A stretch of DNA of 64,000 nucleotides from Myxococcota bacterium (GTDB taxonomy: Bacteria; Myxococcota_A; UBA9160; UBA6930). Location: contig OZ245002.1 of NCBI GenBank assembly GCA_965223415.1, positions 5,696,001-5,760,000 of the forward strand. The letters run 5' to 3'. Both the position numbers and the translations under genes were made by a program. Below are positions 50,398-60,678 of this stretch, piece after piece. Each line of letters starts with the position of its first letter. Position 1 is the first letter of the stretch. The notes beneath the pieces are model-generated. The model was not told the origin of the DNA. It saw only the letters and a list, made by a program, of their open reading frames with translations, and searched no databases.

Positions 50398-50646
50398 TCA
50401 GAAGCCCACCCCGATGCGGTCGTACCAACGCTCCCTGCGCCAGCCGCGGCGATGCATGCAGCGGTCCATGCGCTCCCGGTCCACGCTCCCGTCGTCCAGA
50501 TCCGTGAGCTGGTGACACACCTTCCGGGCCTCGCGGAAGCGGCCCTCCCGCCCCTTGGGCACGTGCCAGGGGTTCGGGGGGCCGGTCGCGCAGGCGGCGG
50601 CCAGGGTGAGCAGCGCCAGAAGCGCTGCAGCGTGGCGGCGGTGCAT
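50398..50646 (-). CDS. Small hypothetical lipoprotein
   Basis: Lipobox LAAAC; C...CM..RGW motif. Confidence 0.6.
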   Translation of the reverse strand: MHRRHAAALLALLTLAAACATGPPNPWHVPKGREGRFREARKVCHQLTDLDDGSVDRERMDRCMHRRGWRRERWYDRIGVGF

Positions 50647-50649
50647 CCC

Positions 50650-51894
50650 CTACTTGCCGGACCCGCTGGGAACGTCCCGGAAGGGGATGCCCTTGTCGGC
50701 CCGGTGCTCGCCAGGCAGCCCCAGCACGCGCTCGGCGATCACGTTCTTCAGGATCTCGTCCGTGCCACCGGCGATGCGGATGCCGGGGGAGCCCAGGTAG
50801 CTCTCCTGCCAGATCGCCTCCATCGGGACGGCCGACGGGTCCATGACCCCGCCCATGGCGCCTTGCAGCTCCATGGCGAAGGCCGCCAGCTCCTGACTGA
50901 ACGGGGCACCGACCGCCTTGCCGATCGAGCCTTCGGGTCCCGGCGTGGCGCCGCGGGAGAGCGCGGAGAGCGTCCGGTAGCCGGTGTACTTGAGGCCGGT
51001 CGAGGTGATGAAGGCGTCCGCCAGGCGCTGGCGCACCGAGCTGTCCTCGAGGGCCGGGCGTCCGTTCTTCTGGCACGAAGCCGCCAGACGGAAGAGATCC
51101 TTCGTCCGCCCCGCGCCGCCGCCGGCGCCGATCGAGACGCGCTCGTTCATCAGCGTGGTGATGGCCACCTGCCAGCCCTGGCCCACCGCCCCGAGCTGGT
51201 TCTCCGCCGGCACCCGCACGTCCGTGAAGAACACCTCGTTGAAGCCGGCGCCGCCGTTGATCTGCTTGATCGGCCGGCACTCGACGCCCGGGGCGTGCAT
51301 GTCGACGATGAAGTAGGTGAGGCCGTCGTGCTTCGGCACGTCCGGGTCCGTGCGGGTGACGATCATGCCCCAGTCGCAGAAGTGGGCGCCTGTGCTCCAG
51401 ATCTTCTGGCCGTTGATCACCCACTCGTCGCCGTCGCGCACCGCGGTGGTGCGCAGGCCCGCGAGGTCCGAGCCCGCCGCCGGCTCGCTGAAGAGCTGGC
51501 ACCAGACGACCTGTCCGCGGGCCATCTCCTTCAGGTACTTGTCCTTCTGCTCGTCCGTGCCATGGGCCATCAAGGTGGGTCCGAGCATCCCGTGGCCGAT
51601 GCCGTAGATGGCGGCCGGCGTGCGGAACTTGGCCTCCTCCTGGTTGAAGACCACGTTCTCGAGCCGGCCCAGGCCCTGGCCGCCGTACTCCTTCGGCCAG
51701 GTCAGGACCGCCCAGCCGCTGTCGTATTTCGTGGCCTGCCATTCCTTGGCCTTCTTGATCGCGTCCGCGTCCTCCCGCTCGCCCAGCAGACCGGGAGAGG
51801 TCTGGTTCGGGTCGAGGGGCTCGAGGTGCTGCTCGAGGAAGGCGCGGGCCTTGGCGCGGAACTCGGCTTCCTGGGGGGTATCGTCGAAATCCAT
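50650..51894 (-). CDS. Acyl-CoA dehydrogenase
   Basis: MDFDDTP, WCQLFSEPAAGSDLA, NGQKIWS, RIAGGTDEIL. Confidence 0.93.
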   Translation of the reverse strand: MDFDDTPQEAEFRAKARAFLEQHLEPLDPNQTSPGLLGEREDADAIKKAKEWQATKYDSGWAVLTWPKEYGGQGLGRLENVVFNQEEAKFRTPAAIYGIGHGMLGPTLMAHGTDEQKDKYLKEMARGQVVWCQLFSEPAAGSDLAGLRTTAVRDGDEWVINGQKIWSTGAHFCDWGMIVTRTDPDVPKHDGLTYFIVDMHAPGVECRPIKQINGGAGFNEVFFTDVRVPAENQLGAVGQGWQVAITTLMNERVSIGAGGGAGRTKDLFRLAASCQKNGRPALEDSSVRQRLADAFITSTGLKYTGYRTLSALSRGATPGPEGSIGKAVGAPFSQELAAFAMELQGAMGGVMDPSAVPMEAIWQESYLGSPGIRIAGGTDEILKNVIAERVLGLPGEHRADKGIPFRDVPSGSGK

Positions 51895-51929
51895 GGTGGT
51901 TCTCCGTCGAAGTCGTTGGTTCGGCCTTG

Positions 51930-53042
51930 CTAGGCCGCGTAGGTCTTCTCGAGGCGGGAGACCAGCTTCTCGCGCCACTCGTCCGGGGTGCCGAGGACGT
52001 GGCTCGTGCCCTTCGCCCGGCGGTAGAAGAGGTGGCAGTCGTACTCCCACGTGTAGCCGACGCCGCCGTACATCTGGATCATCTCCTCGCCGGCCAAGCA
52101 GAAGGCGTCGCTGGCCGCGACGCGGGTGCTGGCTGCCGCCGCGGGCAGCTCGTCGTTGCCCTCGGAGAGGGCCCAGGCCGCGTAGTAGCCGTTCGAGATC
52201 GCGATCTGGATCGCGCAGTACACGTCGGCCATGCGGTGCTTGAGCGCCTGGAAGGAGGCGACCGGACGTCCGAAGGCGAAGCGTCCCATGGTCTGCTCCT
52301 TGGTCAGCTCGAGGGCGCGCTCGGCGCCGCCGATCTGCTCGTAGGCCAGCAGCACCGCCGTGCGGTCGAGGACGGCGGCGGCGATCGCGTCGCCCTGCCC
52401 CGCCTCGCCGAGCCGCTCGGCGGCGGCGCCGTCGAAGTCCACGCGGTAGAGGGGACGGGAGGGGTCGAAGCTCTCGAGGGGCGTGCGCGTGACGCCGGCA
52501 CCATCCAGATCGACGAGGGCGAGGGAGTGGCCGCTGCCCTCCTTTGCCACGATGACGGCGGTGCCCGCCGCCGCCGCGTCGGGCACCGGCAGCTTCGAGC
52601 CGCTCAGCTTGGCGCCGTCGAAGGTGGTGGCGCAGCGGCCCGGGGCGAAGTCGCCCAGGCCTTCGGCCTGGGCGAAGGTGCCGATCAGCTCTCCGTTGGC
52701 CAGCCGGGGAAGCAGGCTCTGCTTCTGGTCCTCGCTGCCCGCCTGGAGGATGGCCTCGGTCGCGAGGCCGACGGAAGACGAGAACGGGATCGGCGCCAGG
52801 GCGCGGCCCAGCTCCTGAGCGATCAGCACGAGCTCGAGGTAGCCGAGGCCGGCTCCGCCGTAGCTCTCGGGGACGACGGCGCCGAGCCAGCCCATCTCGG
52901 CCACGCCCTTCCAGAGCTCCGGGTCGTGGGTGCCGCCGGCTTCGAGCACGGCGCGGCACTTCTCGAGCCCGCTGTGCTCCTGGAGGTAGTCGCGCGCAGT
53001 CTGCTGCACGAACTTCTGGTCGTCGGAAAACTCGAGATTCAT
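51930..53042 (-). CDS. Acyl-CoA dehydrogenase (probable partner subunit)
   Basis: RFAFGRPVASFQALKH, QMYGGVGYTWE.DCHL. Confidence 0.92.
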   Translation of the reverse strand: MNLEFSDDQKFVQQTARDYLQEHSGLEKCRAVLEAGGTHDPELWKGVAEMGWLGAVVPESYGGAGLGYLELVLIAQELGRALAPIPFSSSVGLATEAILQAGSEDQKQSLLPRLANGELIGTFAQAEGLGDFAPGRCATTFDGAKLSGSKLPVPDAAAAGTAVIVAKEGSGHSLALVDLDGAGVTRTPLESFDPSRPLYRVDFDGAAAERLGEAGQGDAIAAAVLDRTAVLLAYEQIGGAERALELTKEQTMGRFAFGRPVASFQALKHRMADVYCAIQIAISNGYYAAWALSEGNDELPAAAASTRVAASDAFCLAGEEMIQMYGGVGYTWEYDCHLFYRRAKGTSHVLGTPDEWREKLVSRLEKTYAA

Positions 53043-53100
53043 CGGGCCCTCGGTGCGATCGGTTCGAAGAATTGGCAGTCGGCGGGGCATTATAGGCGGG

Positions 53101-53775
53101 ATGCCGGTGTATCGCCTCGGGCCCGATGTCGTCTTCCCGCCTCCGGAGGAAGCGGAGGAGAGCGGGCTGCTCGCCGTCGGCGGCGACCTCTCCCCGGAAC
53201 GCCTGCTGCTGGCCTACGCGCTGGGGATCTTCCCCTGGTACGACGAGCCGCCGATCCTCTGGTTCTCGCCGGATCCGCGCATGGTGCTGATTCCGGCGGA
53301 GCTGCACGTCCCTCGCCGGCTGGAGCGGACCCTGCGCAGCGGCCGCTTCGAGACGAGCTTCGACCTCGCGTTCTCCCGTGTGATCCGCGCCTGCGCCGAG
53401 GCCCCGAGAAAGGGGCAGGAAGGGACATGGATCAACGCGGACATGATCGCCGCCTACGAGCGCCTCCACGAAGAGGGCCTCGCCCACTCCTGTGAGGCAT
53501 GGCAGGAGGGCGCGCTGGTGGGCGGCGTCTACGGCGTGTCGCTGGGCAGCGCCTTCTTCGGCGAGTCCATGTTCCATCACCGCAGCGACGCCTCGAAGGT
53601 CGCCCTCGTCACCCTGGTGCGCCGCCTCGCCGCCTGGGACTTCACGCTCCTCGACTGCCAGATGCACACCGAGCACCTCGCCCACTTCGGCGCCGTGGAG
53701 TGGCCCCGCCCCCGCTTCCAGGCGGCCCTGCGAGACGCCCTCGAGTCCCCCACCCGCCGCGGCCGCTGGACCTGA
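53101..53775 (+). CDS. aat: Leucyl/phenylalanyl-tRNA-protein transferase
   Basis: GLLAVGGDL, GIFPW, WFSPDPR, TWI, FFGESMF, DASK, DCQ. Confidence 0.96.
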   Translation: MPVYRLGPDVVFPPPEEAEESGLLAVGGDLSPERLLLAYALGIFPWYDEPPILWFSPDPRMVLIPAELHVPRRLERTLRSGRFETSFDLAFSRVIRACAEAPRKGQEGTWINADMIAAYERLHEEGLAHSCEAWQEGALVGGVYGVSLGSAFFGESMFHHRSDASKVALVTLVRRLAAWDFTLLDCQMHTEHLAHFGAVEWPRPRFQAALRDALESPTRRGRWT

Positions 53776-53854
53776 AGAACGCAAGAGTGGGGACGTTCCT
53801 TGCAACTTGCGCAATTGCGCAAGTTGCAAGGAACGTCCCCACTCTTGCGTTCTT
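53775..53854. repeat. REPIN-like perfect 80-bp palindrome, GGGGACGTTCCT family (GCAAG subtype)
   Basis: Perfect 40+40 inverted repeat with no spacer, between convergent stops. Confidence 0.93.
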
Positions 53855-55157
53855 AGCGGTCGGGGGAGGCCTTGCGGAGCTCGGCGCGGAAATCGGGATG
53901 GGCGATGGCGATCAGGGCTTCGGCGCGCTCGGCGACCGTGAGGCCGGCGAGCTCGGCGGCGCCGTGCTCGGTGACGACGACGTCGACCTGATGGCGCGGC
54001 GTGGTCACGGTCGTGCCGGGGGCGAAGGCGGCGGCGATGCGGGAGACGCTGCGGCCGCCGGGCCTCGACGTAGACGGGAGACAGATGAAGGAGCGGTCGC
54101 GGCTCTCCAGGCCGGTGCCGCTCACGAAGTCCTCGTGGCCGCCCACACCCGAGTACTGGTTGGTGCCGAGGGTGTCGGCGGCCACCTGCCCCGCCAGGTC
54201 GACCGCCAACGCGCCGTTCAGGCTGATCATGTCCGGGTTCACGGCGATGTGCTCGGCGCCGTTCACCTGCTCGACCGGGAGGAAGCGCACCTCCTCGTTG
54301 CCGTCGAGCCACCGGTAGAGCTCGGCGGTCCCGCCGGCGAAGGTGCAGATCGAATGGCCAGCGTGCACGCCCTTGCGGGCGTTGCTCACCTTGCCGCTCC
54401 GGTGCAGGGCCATCAGACCGTCGGTGAACATCTCCGAGTGCACGCCGAAATCGCCCGGCCGACCCTCGGCGAGGGCGGCCACCACCTGGCTCGGGATCGC
54501 GCCGATGCCCGTCTGGAGCGTGGCGCCCTCGTGCACGAAGGGCAGGACGTGGGAGGCAATCGCCGCTTCGACCTCGCCTCCGGGCGTCATGGGGAGGACC
54601 GGTAGCGGTGTGGCCGCCTCGACGATCCAGTCCGCCTCGTCCACGTGCACCGCATGGGGCGAAGCCGGCGGGATCCCGAGGGTCCGCGGCAGCTCCGGGT
54701 TGACCTCCACCACGAGCAGTCGGTCCGGATCCTGGCCTGCGGCCCGCAGCTCGTGGGTCGTGGCGCCGGCGTGAAGCGAGAGGCTCATCCAGCCGCCATC
54801 GTCCGGTGGCGTGGCCACCGTCGCCATCACCCGCGGCCGCAGGGTCTCGAGGATGCGTGTGAAGCGCCGGAAGTCCGCCGGGACGAACTGCACGTCGTGG
54901 CCGGCGCCCCGGAGCCCGCGCTCCACGGGCCCGAAGAAGCCGCTGCGCAGGCTCACGCCGGGGCGGGTGAACACGGTGTACATCCCGAGCAGGAGGCCCG
55001 TGAAGACCACCAGCTCCTCGAAGTCCTCCCGCTCGCCGAGGGCGGTGAGCAGCGCCTTCGGCTGGCCGGGCCCGAGCGGCAGCCCGAGGGTGTCCCGGCG
55101 CTCGAGGAGCGCGGCCGCCTCCGCCGGGGTGCGACGCTTCGCCGAGGGAACCTCCAC
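53853..55157 (-). CDS. Acetyl-CoA hydrolase/4-hydroxybutyrate CoA-transferase family protein
   Basis: LQTGIGAIP, HSEM, SGVGG..DF, VVTEHG.A.L, IAHPDFR. Confidence 0.92.
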   Translation of the reverse strand: MEVPSAKRRTPAEAAALLERRDTLGLPLGPGQPKALLTALGEREDFEELVVFTGLLLGMYTVFTRPGVSLRSGFFGPVERGLRGAGHDVQFVPADFRRFTRILETLRPRVMATVATPPDDGGWMSLSLHAGATTHELRAAGQDPDRLLVVEVNPELPRTLGIPPASPHAVHVDEADWIVEAATPLPVLPMTPGGEVEAAIASHVLPFVHEGATLQTGIGAIPSQVVAALAEGRPGDFGVHSEMFTDGLMALHRSGKVSNARKGVHAGHSICTFAGGTAELYRWLDGNEEVRFLPVEQVNGAEHIAVNPDMISLNGALAVDLAGQVAADTLGTNQYSGVGGHEDFVSGTGLESRDRSFICLPSTSRPGGRSVSRIAAAFAPGTTVTTPRHQVDVVVTEHGAAELAGLTVAERAEALIAIAHPDFRAELRKASPDR

Positions 55158-55158
55158 C

Positions 55159-55944
55159 TCAGCCGACCCGGCGATCGTGCCCGGCCCAGTAGGGCTCGCG
55201 CAGGTCCTTCTTGAGCACCTTGCCGCTCGGGTTGCGCGGGAGCTCGCCGATGAAGTCGATGGAGCGCGGGCGCTTGTAGCCGCCGAGCCGGCCCTTGCAG
55301 AACTCGAGGATGTCGCCCTCGGTCGCCGTCTCGCCGTCCTTGATCACGACCACGGCCTTCACCGCCTCGCCCCACTTCTCGTCCGGAACGCCGACCACCG
55401 CCGCCTCCGCCACGGCCGGGTGCTCGTAGAGGGCGTCCTCCACCTCGCGTGGGTACATCTGGTAGAGGTCGGCGGTGGGCGGAACGTGGCGCTCCGGCGG
55501 CGCATCGGATTCGGCAGCCGCGGCGGCGGCCAGCTCCTCGTAGCCCGGCGCCGCGCCGTTGACAGACAGGAACCGCTTCACCGTCGCCAGCTCGCCCCGC
55601 ACGGGCTCCAGGGCCGCGGCCAGCTCCGGCTGGGCGACGAGCAGCTTGGCCTGGGCGTCATTCACGATGTACGACCACTCCGGCGGTGCGAGCCGGTAGT
55701 TCAGCGGCACCGGCGCCACACCCGCCTTCGAGCAGGCGTAGTAGAAGATCGCCATCTCGATGGAGTTCTTGGAGAGGATTGCGGCCCGGTCGCCGACCTC
55801 GAGGCCTTCCGCCACGAGCACCCGCGCGACGCGATTCACCTCGCGGACCGCCTCCGCATAGCTGATGCTCCGGTCGCTCGTCTCGGCGAAGGCCATGTCC
55901 GGCGCCTGGCGCGCGCGGTAGTCGAGGCTGTCGTGGAGCCGCAT
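55159..55944 (-). pseudogene. Long-chain acyl-CoA synthetase with a large in-frame internal deletion (261 aa)
   Basis: N-terminal region joins the C-terminal domain directly at DLYQMY-PREVE; P-loop TSGTTG, YGxTE and TGD motifs are absent. Confidence 0.8.
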
Positions 55945-56012
55945 GGATCCCTCCTGCTGCGTGGAGGGATCAGTATACGTTGCGTTTGGGGGCCGTTCCG
56001 TTCGTTGCGTTG

Positions 56013-57290
56013 TCAATGGTCCTCGGCGGGGCGGCCGAGGCTGAGGCGGGCGAGGGCGCGGATGCCGTCGTCCGGGTGGCTCGCGGCGGCCTCGGCGACC
56101 ACGGCTCGTGCTTCCCGAGAGCCGACCAGGCGGAGCGCCACGAGGGCGGTCTCCGAGGCGGGGCGGGCCCAGCCAAAGAGCACGTCCCGGAGGCGCTGAA
56201 GGTCGAGGGCTGGGGAGCGCGCGACGGCGTGGGCTGCGCTGGCGCGGACCGAGGCCTCGGGATCCTCGAAGGCCCGGAGCGCGAGCTCGAAGCCGCGCTC
56301 GCCCAGCGCGGCGGCCCGCACCGCCGCCGCCGACCGCACTTGCGATGCGTCGTCGCCGGCCACCAGGGCCGCCAACGTACCGAGCTGAGCCGGGCCGGCG
56401 TGTCCGGCTGCCGATGCCCGAAGTGCCGGATCTCCGGCGGCCAGGAGCCGCTCGGTGCGCTCCTCCGGCAGCTCGCCCTCCACATGGGCGAGGGCCCAGA
56501 GGAGCTCCGGCGCGGGCTGCTCCACCGCCGCGATGCGAGCGGAGAGCACGTCTCGCACGCGAGTGGGCTGGGCCCGGGCCAGCCAGCCGAGGAGCGCCTC
56601 GCCCAGCGCGCCCTCGGCGTCCCGGCGCAGCAGGGCGTCGGCGAGCAGGCCCGCCACCGGCTCGGTCGTGCTCGCCTCCGGGTCCTGGATGCTGCCGAGC
56701 CAGCGGGCGGCCGAGACCGCGAGGGGCAGCTCGGCGCCGGCACACAGCGCCGCTAGGTGGCGAAGGCCGTCGGGGCCGCGCCGGGCTTCGGCCGGAAGGG
56801 CCCAGTAGTGGTGGAGCAGGTTCACGGCGCCGGGCGAAGGCGAGCGCACGAAGGCCTTGTCGCCACCGGCCACGCGGCGGGCCCGAGCCCGGCTGGCCGG
56901 CTCGGGGAAGCGCTTCCTCCACAGCGTTCCGGACGGGACTGGCGAGAGCACCAGAAGCACCGACTCGCCCTCCCGGAAGCGGTCCTCCCGGGAGGGGGAG
57001 AGCTCCTCCCACGTGAGCTGCAGGTTCTCGGGCAGGCCGGCGCGGCCGGACAGCACGCGGGTCACGTCCAGGGCCGCGACCCGCCCGCTGCGATCGAGGG
57101 CCTTCGGCTTCCCGACGACGCCGACCACGACGCTCCGCGCCTCGGCCGCATCGTGGAAGATGCGCGTGCCGTCCGCCGCTCGGAGCGCCGCTGCAGACAG
57201 CGGCGCTCCGAGCAGGAGAGCGAGGATCGCGATGGCGAGGGGTCTAGGGGTTCGGCGGCTGGAAGCCCGCAACGCCGTCCACGTCCGCAT
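56013..57290 (-). CDS. Hypothetical exported protein with HEAT-like repeats (start uncertain)
   Basis: Hydrophobic leader; repeated D....VR..AA helical units near the C-terminus. Confidence 0.6.
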   Translation of the reverse strand: MRTWTALRASSRRTPRPLAIAILALLLGAPLSAAALRAADGTRIFHDAAEARSVVVGVVGKPKALDRSGRVAALDVTRVLSGRAGLPENLQLTWEELSPSREDRFREGESVLLVLSPVPSGTLWRKRFPEPASRARARRVAGGDKAFVRSPSPGAVNLLHHYWALPAEARRGPDGLRHLAALCAGAELPLAVSAARWLGSIQDPEASTTEPVAGLLADALLRRDAEGALGEALLGWLARAQPTRVRDVLSARIAAVEQPAPELLWALAHVEGELPEERTERLLAAGDPALRASAAGHAGPAQLGTLAALVAGDDASQVRSAAAVRAAALGERGFELALRAFEDPEASVRASAAHAVARSPALDLQRLRDVLFGWARPASETALVALRLVGSREARAVVAEAAASHPDDGIRALARLSLGRPAEDH

Positions 57291-60200
57291 AGAGGGCGTT
57301 GGTCACGCCCAGGGGCATCACGCCCGATTCGCCCACGTTCCCGTCGAGCAGGTCGGCGAGGGTCGTGTTCGAGGCGGAGTCCAGGTTGCTCGCGAACACC
57401 GGGAACATGGGCGCGCAGCTGCCGTCGGTTCCCTTGGCGACGACGACGAACCAGGTGTCCTGGGTGAGGCCTGTGAAGTTCACCGTGATCGTCGCATCGA
57501 GCCGCGAGGCGCCGGGAACGCCGGCCTGCACCACGACCTGCGTGAAGTCGAAGTCGCCGTCGCCGGTCGTGTTCGGATCGCAGTCGCCTTCCGAGAGCAC
57601 CTGGGCCGTGGCCGGATCCGCCGTGTAGAGGTAGGGCTCCGCCGGGTTCACCGGCAGCGTGCCGCCGTTGGCGTAGATCTCGATCCGGTCGAAGGCGGCC
57701 CAGAGCGGGGCCTGCACCCGGATCTCCAGGTCAACCGCGTTGTTCGTCACGGTCAGATCGGTGCTCCCGCCGAGGGTCAGGTCGGCGATGCCCGCGGAGC
57801 CGTCGGTGGCCAGGAGGCGGGCCTGCATGTAGATGCCCTGCCCGCCCACGGCGCGCCCTGCGTCCACGGACTGGGCCACCTCGCCGGGCAGGATCGACGC
57901 CGGCGCGTCGGTGGACGCCGCGGTCCAGGTGCGCGCACCCGCCGTGCGCAGGTTCGTGTAGGTGTGCGTGTCCGTGTCCGAGATCGCCGTCGTGCGCAGC
58001 CCCTTGTTCAGCTGGTTGAACCAGATCCCGATGCGGTCGTCCAGGAACTCGCTCTGGTGCCCTCGGGTCATGCCGTTCCAGAGCTCGAGGGCCGGGAAGT
58101 GGAAGAACAGGTTCCCGGTCGGGGGCAGGCGCAGGTCGTCGCGCTCGGCCGCCGTGGTGAGACCGTCCTGGATCGCCCCCGCCACCGACGTGTCGATCTT
58201 GAGCGGCGCGTAGTGGGAATCGATGTGGTTCACCTGGAGGGTCGTGTCGGGCAGGCTCTGGGCGCCCGTGGTCCCGAGGGTGAAGATCGCGGCCGGCGTC
58301 GCATTCAGGGCGCCGTGGGACGGGAAGTCCATGCCGGGAGGCGCCGCCTGGCCCCAGTCGGTCGAGCCGCCAGACGGCTTCGTGGCGTCGACCGAGAACG
58401 GGTACCCGTTGAAGTGCCCGTAGTCGAAAGTGGTGATCTCCTCTCCGACGGTCGAGGTGACCCAGCTCCCCAGCCCGGCGGCGGTGATCGCGGGGACCAG
58501 GTCCGTGTGGACGTGGTGATCCGTCATGATCACGTTCTCGACACCCTCGCCGGCGAACTGCAGCACGCGCCGCAGGTCGGGCACGCGGGAGTCGGCGCTG
58601 CGGATCCCGTGCACGTGGAAGTCCGACGAGACGAAGCCCGCCGTGTCCAGCACCGGCGCGATCTGGGCGGCCACCGCCGTCGGCGCACCGGCCGCGACCG
58701 TCACCGGGGCCTGGAAGAGCGAGTACTCCGTCCCCCGACTGACGAACACCTGGTAGCTGCCCGGCTCGACGTCGAAGGTGACGGTGCCGTCCTTGTCGGT
58801 GTAGTCGAAGGCGACCACGCCGAAGGGGAGGTCGTCGTCGACGTCGTGGAGCAGGCCCAGGTCGCCGGGGGGGAAGCCCAGGAAGTTGCCCGGGTGGATG
58901 ATCTCCGGGCTCGGGTCGAAGCCCACCACCGTCACCCGCGCCGGGAGCTTCGCCGAAGCGTGGTCGGTCACGGTGACCTGGAGCTGCCCGGTCGCCGGAA
59001 GTGCGAAGTCGACGCCCGAGGTAGTGGCGCCAGCCGTCACGCTGACCGCCTGGGTCGGCGGCGCCGCCGCGTTCGTCTCGTAGGGCGCTCCGAGGCGCCC
59101 GGCCACGGCGTCGTGGGTGCCGGCGGGCACCGACGCGCTGTAGTTCGGGCACGGGCCGGCCACGGTCTCGATCGACTGGTCGACCTGGGTGAAGGCGCCG
59201 CCCGCGTCGGTCTGACCGAAGGTCACGCGGGAGCCTTGGCGGGGCGTGCCACCGACGGTGACGCAGCCCTCGACGGTTCCGACGGCGACCCCCTGGAGGT
59301 CTGCCTCCAGCTGGAGGGCCGCCGCGCCGGTGCCGTCGCCGACGGTGAAGACCCGGGTGTAGGAAAGCGAGCCGCCCTGGGGCACGACGAACAGGGGCGG
59401 GATGCCGACCAGCGAGGGCACCGCCGCGGCGTTGTGCAGCACCACGAAGACGCCGCTCTGCACGAAGTAGTTGCCGGTCACCTGGCTGAAGGCGGGATCC
59501 GGGACCCCCATCCAGCCGTACTCGACGCCGTCCGCCTGGTCGACGCCCAGGAAGGAGAGTGACGTGAAGTTGGCGTTGCTCCCGTCGCCCCAGCCGGGCT
59601 CGTCGGTGGCGCGGGTGTCGAGCTGACCGCCCGGGTTCAGCCAATCGCCCACGAGCAGCGGAAGATCCTCGGGGATCGGCGGCACGCTGCCGGGGAAGCC
59701 TCCCGGCGGGTTGTTGTTCATCACCTCCGTCGTCATCTCGAGGTGGGCCGAGCCGGGCTCGAGGCGGTACTCGGTGCAGCCGTCGATCTCGAGATCCAGG
59801 TCGTCGGTCAGGGGCGGCGGCGTGAAGCCGAACTCGCGGATCGAGGTGGACGGGTTCACGAAGTCCAGCAGGTCGTCGGGTCCACAGGTGCGCAGCACCG
59901 CGGCGAGCCCGTCCTGCCCATCGTTCACCTCGTCGAAGGTCTGGGCGTTGATCACGGTCTCGAGGTTCAGCATCGGCTGGGTCTCGAGGAAGTGGTCGTT
60001 TCCCGGGTTGGCCTTGAGCTCCGCGTCGATCAGGTTCCCGCCGAAGGCGCCCACGCTGTACATGTCGCGCTGGCCGACGTCCTGAATGATGTAGCGGGCG
60101 TGGTCGTTCTCGAGCAGCCAGTCGCCGAGCTGACCGTGAGCGAGGGGACCGCTGATCAGGTCGGCCGGGTCGGTGATGCGACGTAGCCGCGCCTTGGGCG

Positions 60201-60543
60201 GCGCGTACTGGAAGCCGCGGCCGCGGGTCTTCGTGTTGCCGGCGGCGTCCGTCACGCTGGCCTGCACCAGGTTGTCGTCCAGCAGCGGCGCACCGGGGTT
60301 GATGGTCGCCGTGAAGACGGTCGGGCCGCCGGAGACCACCACCGGGGTGCCGTTGATGGTGACGTCCTGGGCCGGGTCGAAGAGGGTCCCGGCCGGGATC
60401 GTCACCTGGAGGACGAAGCTCGGCGTGGTGATGACCGACCCGGAGCCCGGGAACTCGATCTTCGGCAGCGCGGGGCCGCAGGTCATGGCCAGGGCGAGCG
60501 GCGCGAGGACGAGGACGAGCCAGCGCGGGTGCTTGCGATGCAT
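57244..60543 (-). CDS. Large secreted PHP-domain metallohydrolase (CehA/McbA-like), about 1100 aa
   Basis: Signal peptide, Ig-like beta domains; DFHVH...S.DS, TDHH, GEE.T...GHFN, VNH, DTDTH. Confidence 0.8.
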   Translation of the reverse strand: MHRKHPRWLVLVLAPLALAMTCGPALPKIEFPGSGSVITTPSFVLQVTIPAGTLFDPAQDVTINGTPVVVSGGPTVFTATINPGAPLLDDNLVQASVTDAAGNTKTRGRGFQYAPPKARLRRITDPADLISGPLAHGQLGDWLLENDHARYIIQDVGQRDMYSVGAFGGNLIDAELKANPGNDHFLETQPMLNLETVINAQTFDEVNDGQDGLAAVLRTCGPDDLLDFVNPSTSIREFGFTPPPLTDDLDLEIDGCTEYRLEPGSAHLEMTTEVMNNNPPGGFPGSVPPIPEDLPLLVGDWLNPGGQLDTRATDEPGWGDGSNANFTSLSFLGVDQADGVEYGWMGVPDPAFSQVTGNYFVQSGVFVVLHNAAAVPSLVGIPPLFVVPQGGSLSYTRVFTVGDGTGAAALQLEADLQGVAVGTVEGCVTVGGTPRQGSRVTFGQTDAGGAFTQVDQSIETVAGPCPNYSASVPAGTHDAVAGRLGAPYETNAAAPPTQAVSVTAGATTSGVDFALPATGQLQVTVTDHASAKLPARVTVVGFDPSPEIIHPGNFLGFPPGDLGLLHDVDDDLPFGVVAFDYTDKDGTVTFDVEPGSYQVFVSRGTEYSLFQAPVTVAAGAPTAVAAQIAPVLDTAGFVSSDFHVHGIRSADSRVPDLRRVLQFAGEGVENVIMTDHHVHTDLVPAITAAGLGSWVTSTVGEEITTFDYGHFNGYPFSVDATKPSGGSTDWGQAAPPGMDFPSHGALNATPAAIFTLGTTGAQSLPDTTLQVNHIDSHYAPLKIDTSVAGAIQDGLTTAAERDDLRLPPTGNLFFHFPALELWNGMTRGHQSEFLDDRIGIWFNQLNKGLRTTAISDTDTHTYTNLRTAGARTWTAASTDAPASILPGEVAQSVDAGRAVGGQGIYMQARLLATDGSAGIADLTLGGSTDLTVTNNAVDLEIRVQAPLWAAFDRIEIYANGGTLPVNPAEPYLYTADPATAQVLSEGDCDPNTTGDGDFDFTQVVVQAGVPGASRLDATITVNFTGLTQDTWFVVVAKGTDGSCAPMFPVFASNLDSASNTTLADLLDGNVGESGVMPLGVTNALYADVDGVAGFQPPNP

Positions 60544-60678
60544 GGGAGGACCCCTTCGAGCAGAGAGGTGTGCGGAGATCACCTCACTCTACGCGAAGGG
60601 CCGGCAAAACGGAACGCGCCGGAGTGCGAAAGCCCTGGGATCGGGTGACTCGAAGTCACCTCCGGGCGGGGGGCCTTC

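Noticed and set aside
53492..53941. Small ORFs sharing MGTFLATC / CASCKERPHS peptides at several loci
   Set aside because: These are translations of the palindromic repeat family, not a protein family.
50650..54312. Apparent giant fusions in the ORF track (50650-54312, 10145-12580, 16501-18789, 43786-46185, 55159-57012)
   Set aside because: The N-terminal extensions are off-frame overlaps of neighbouring genes; true starts were reassigned using RBS, coupling and family N-termini.
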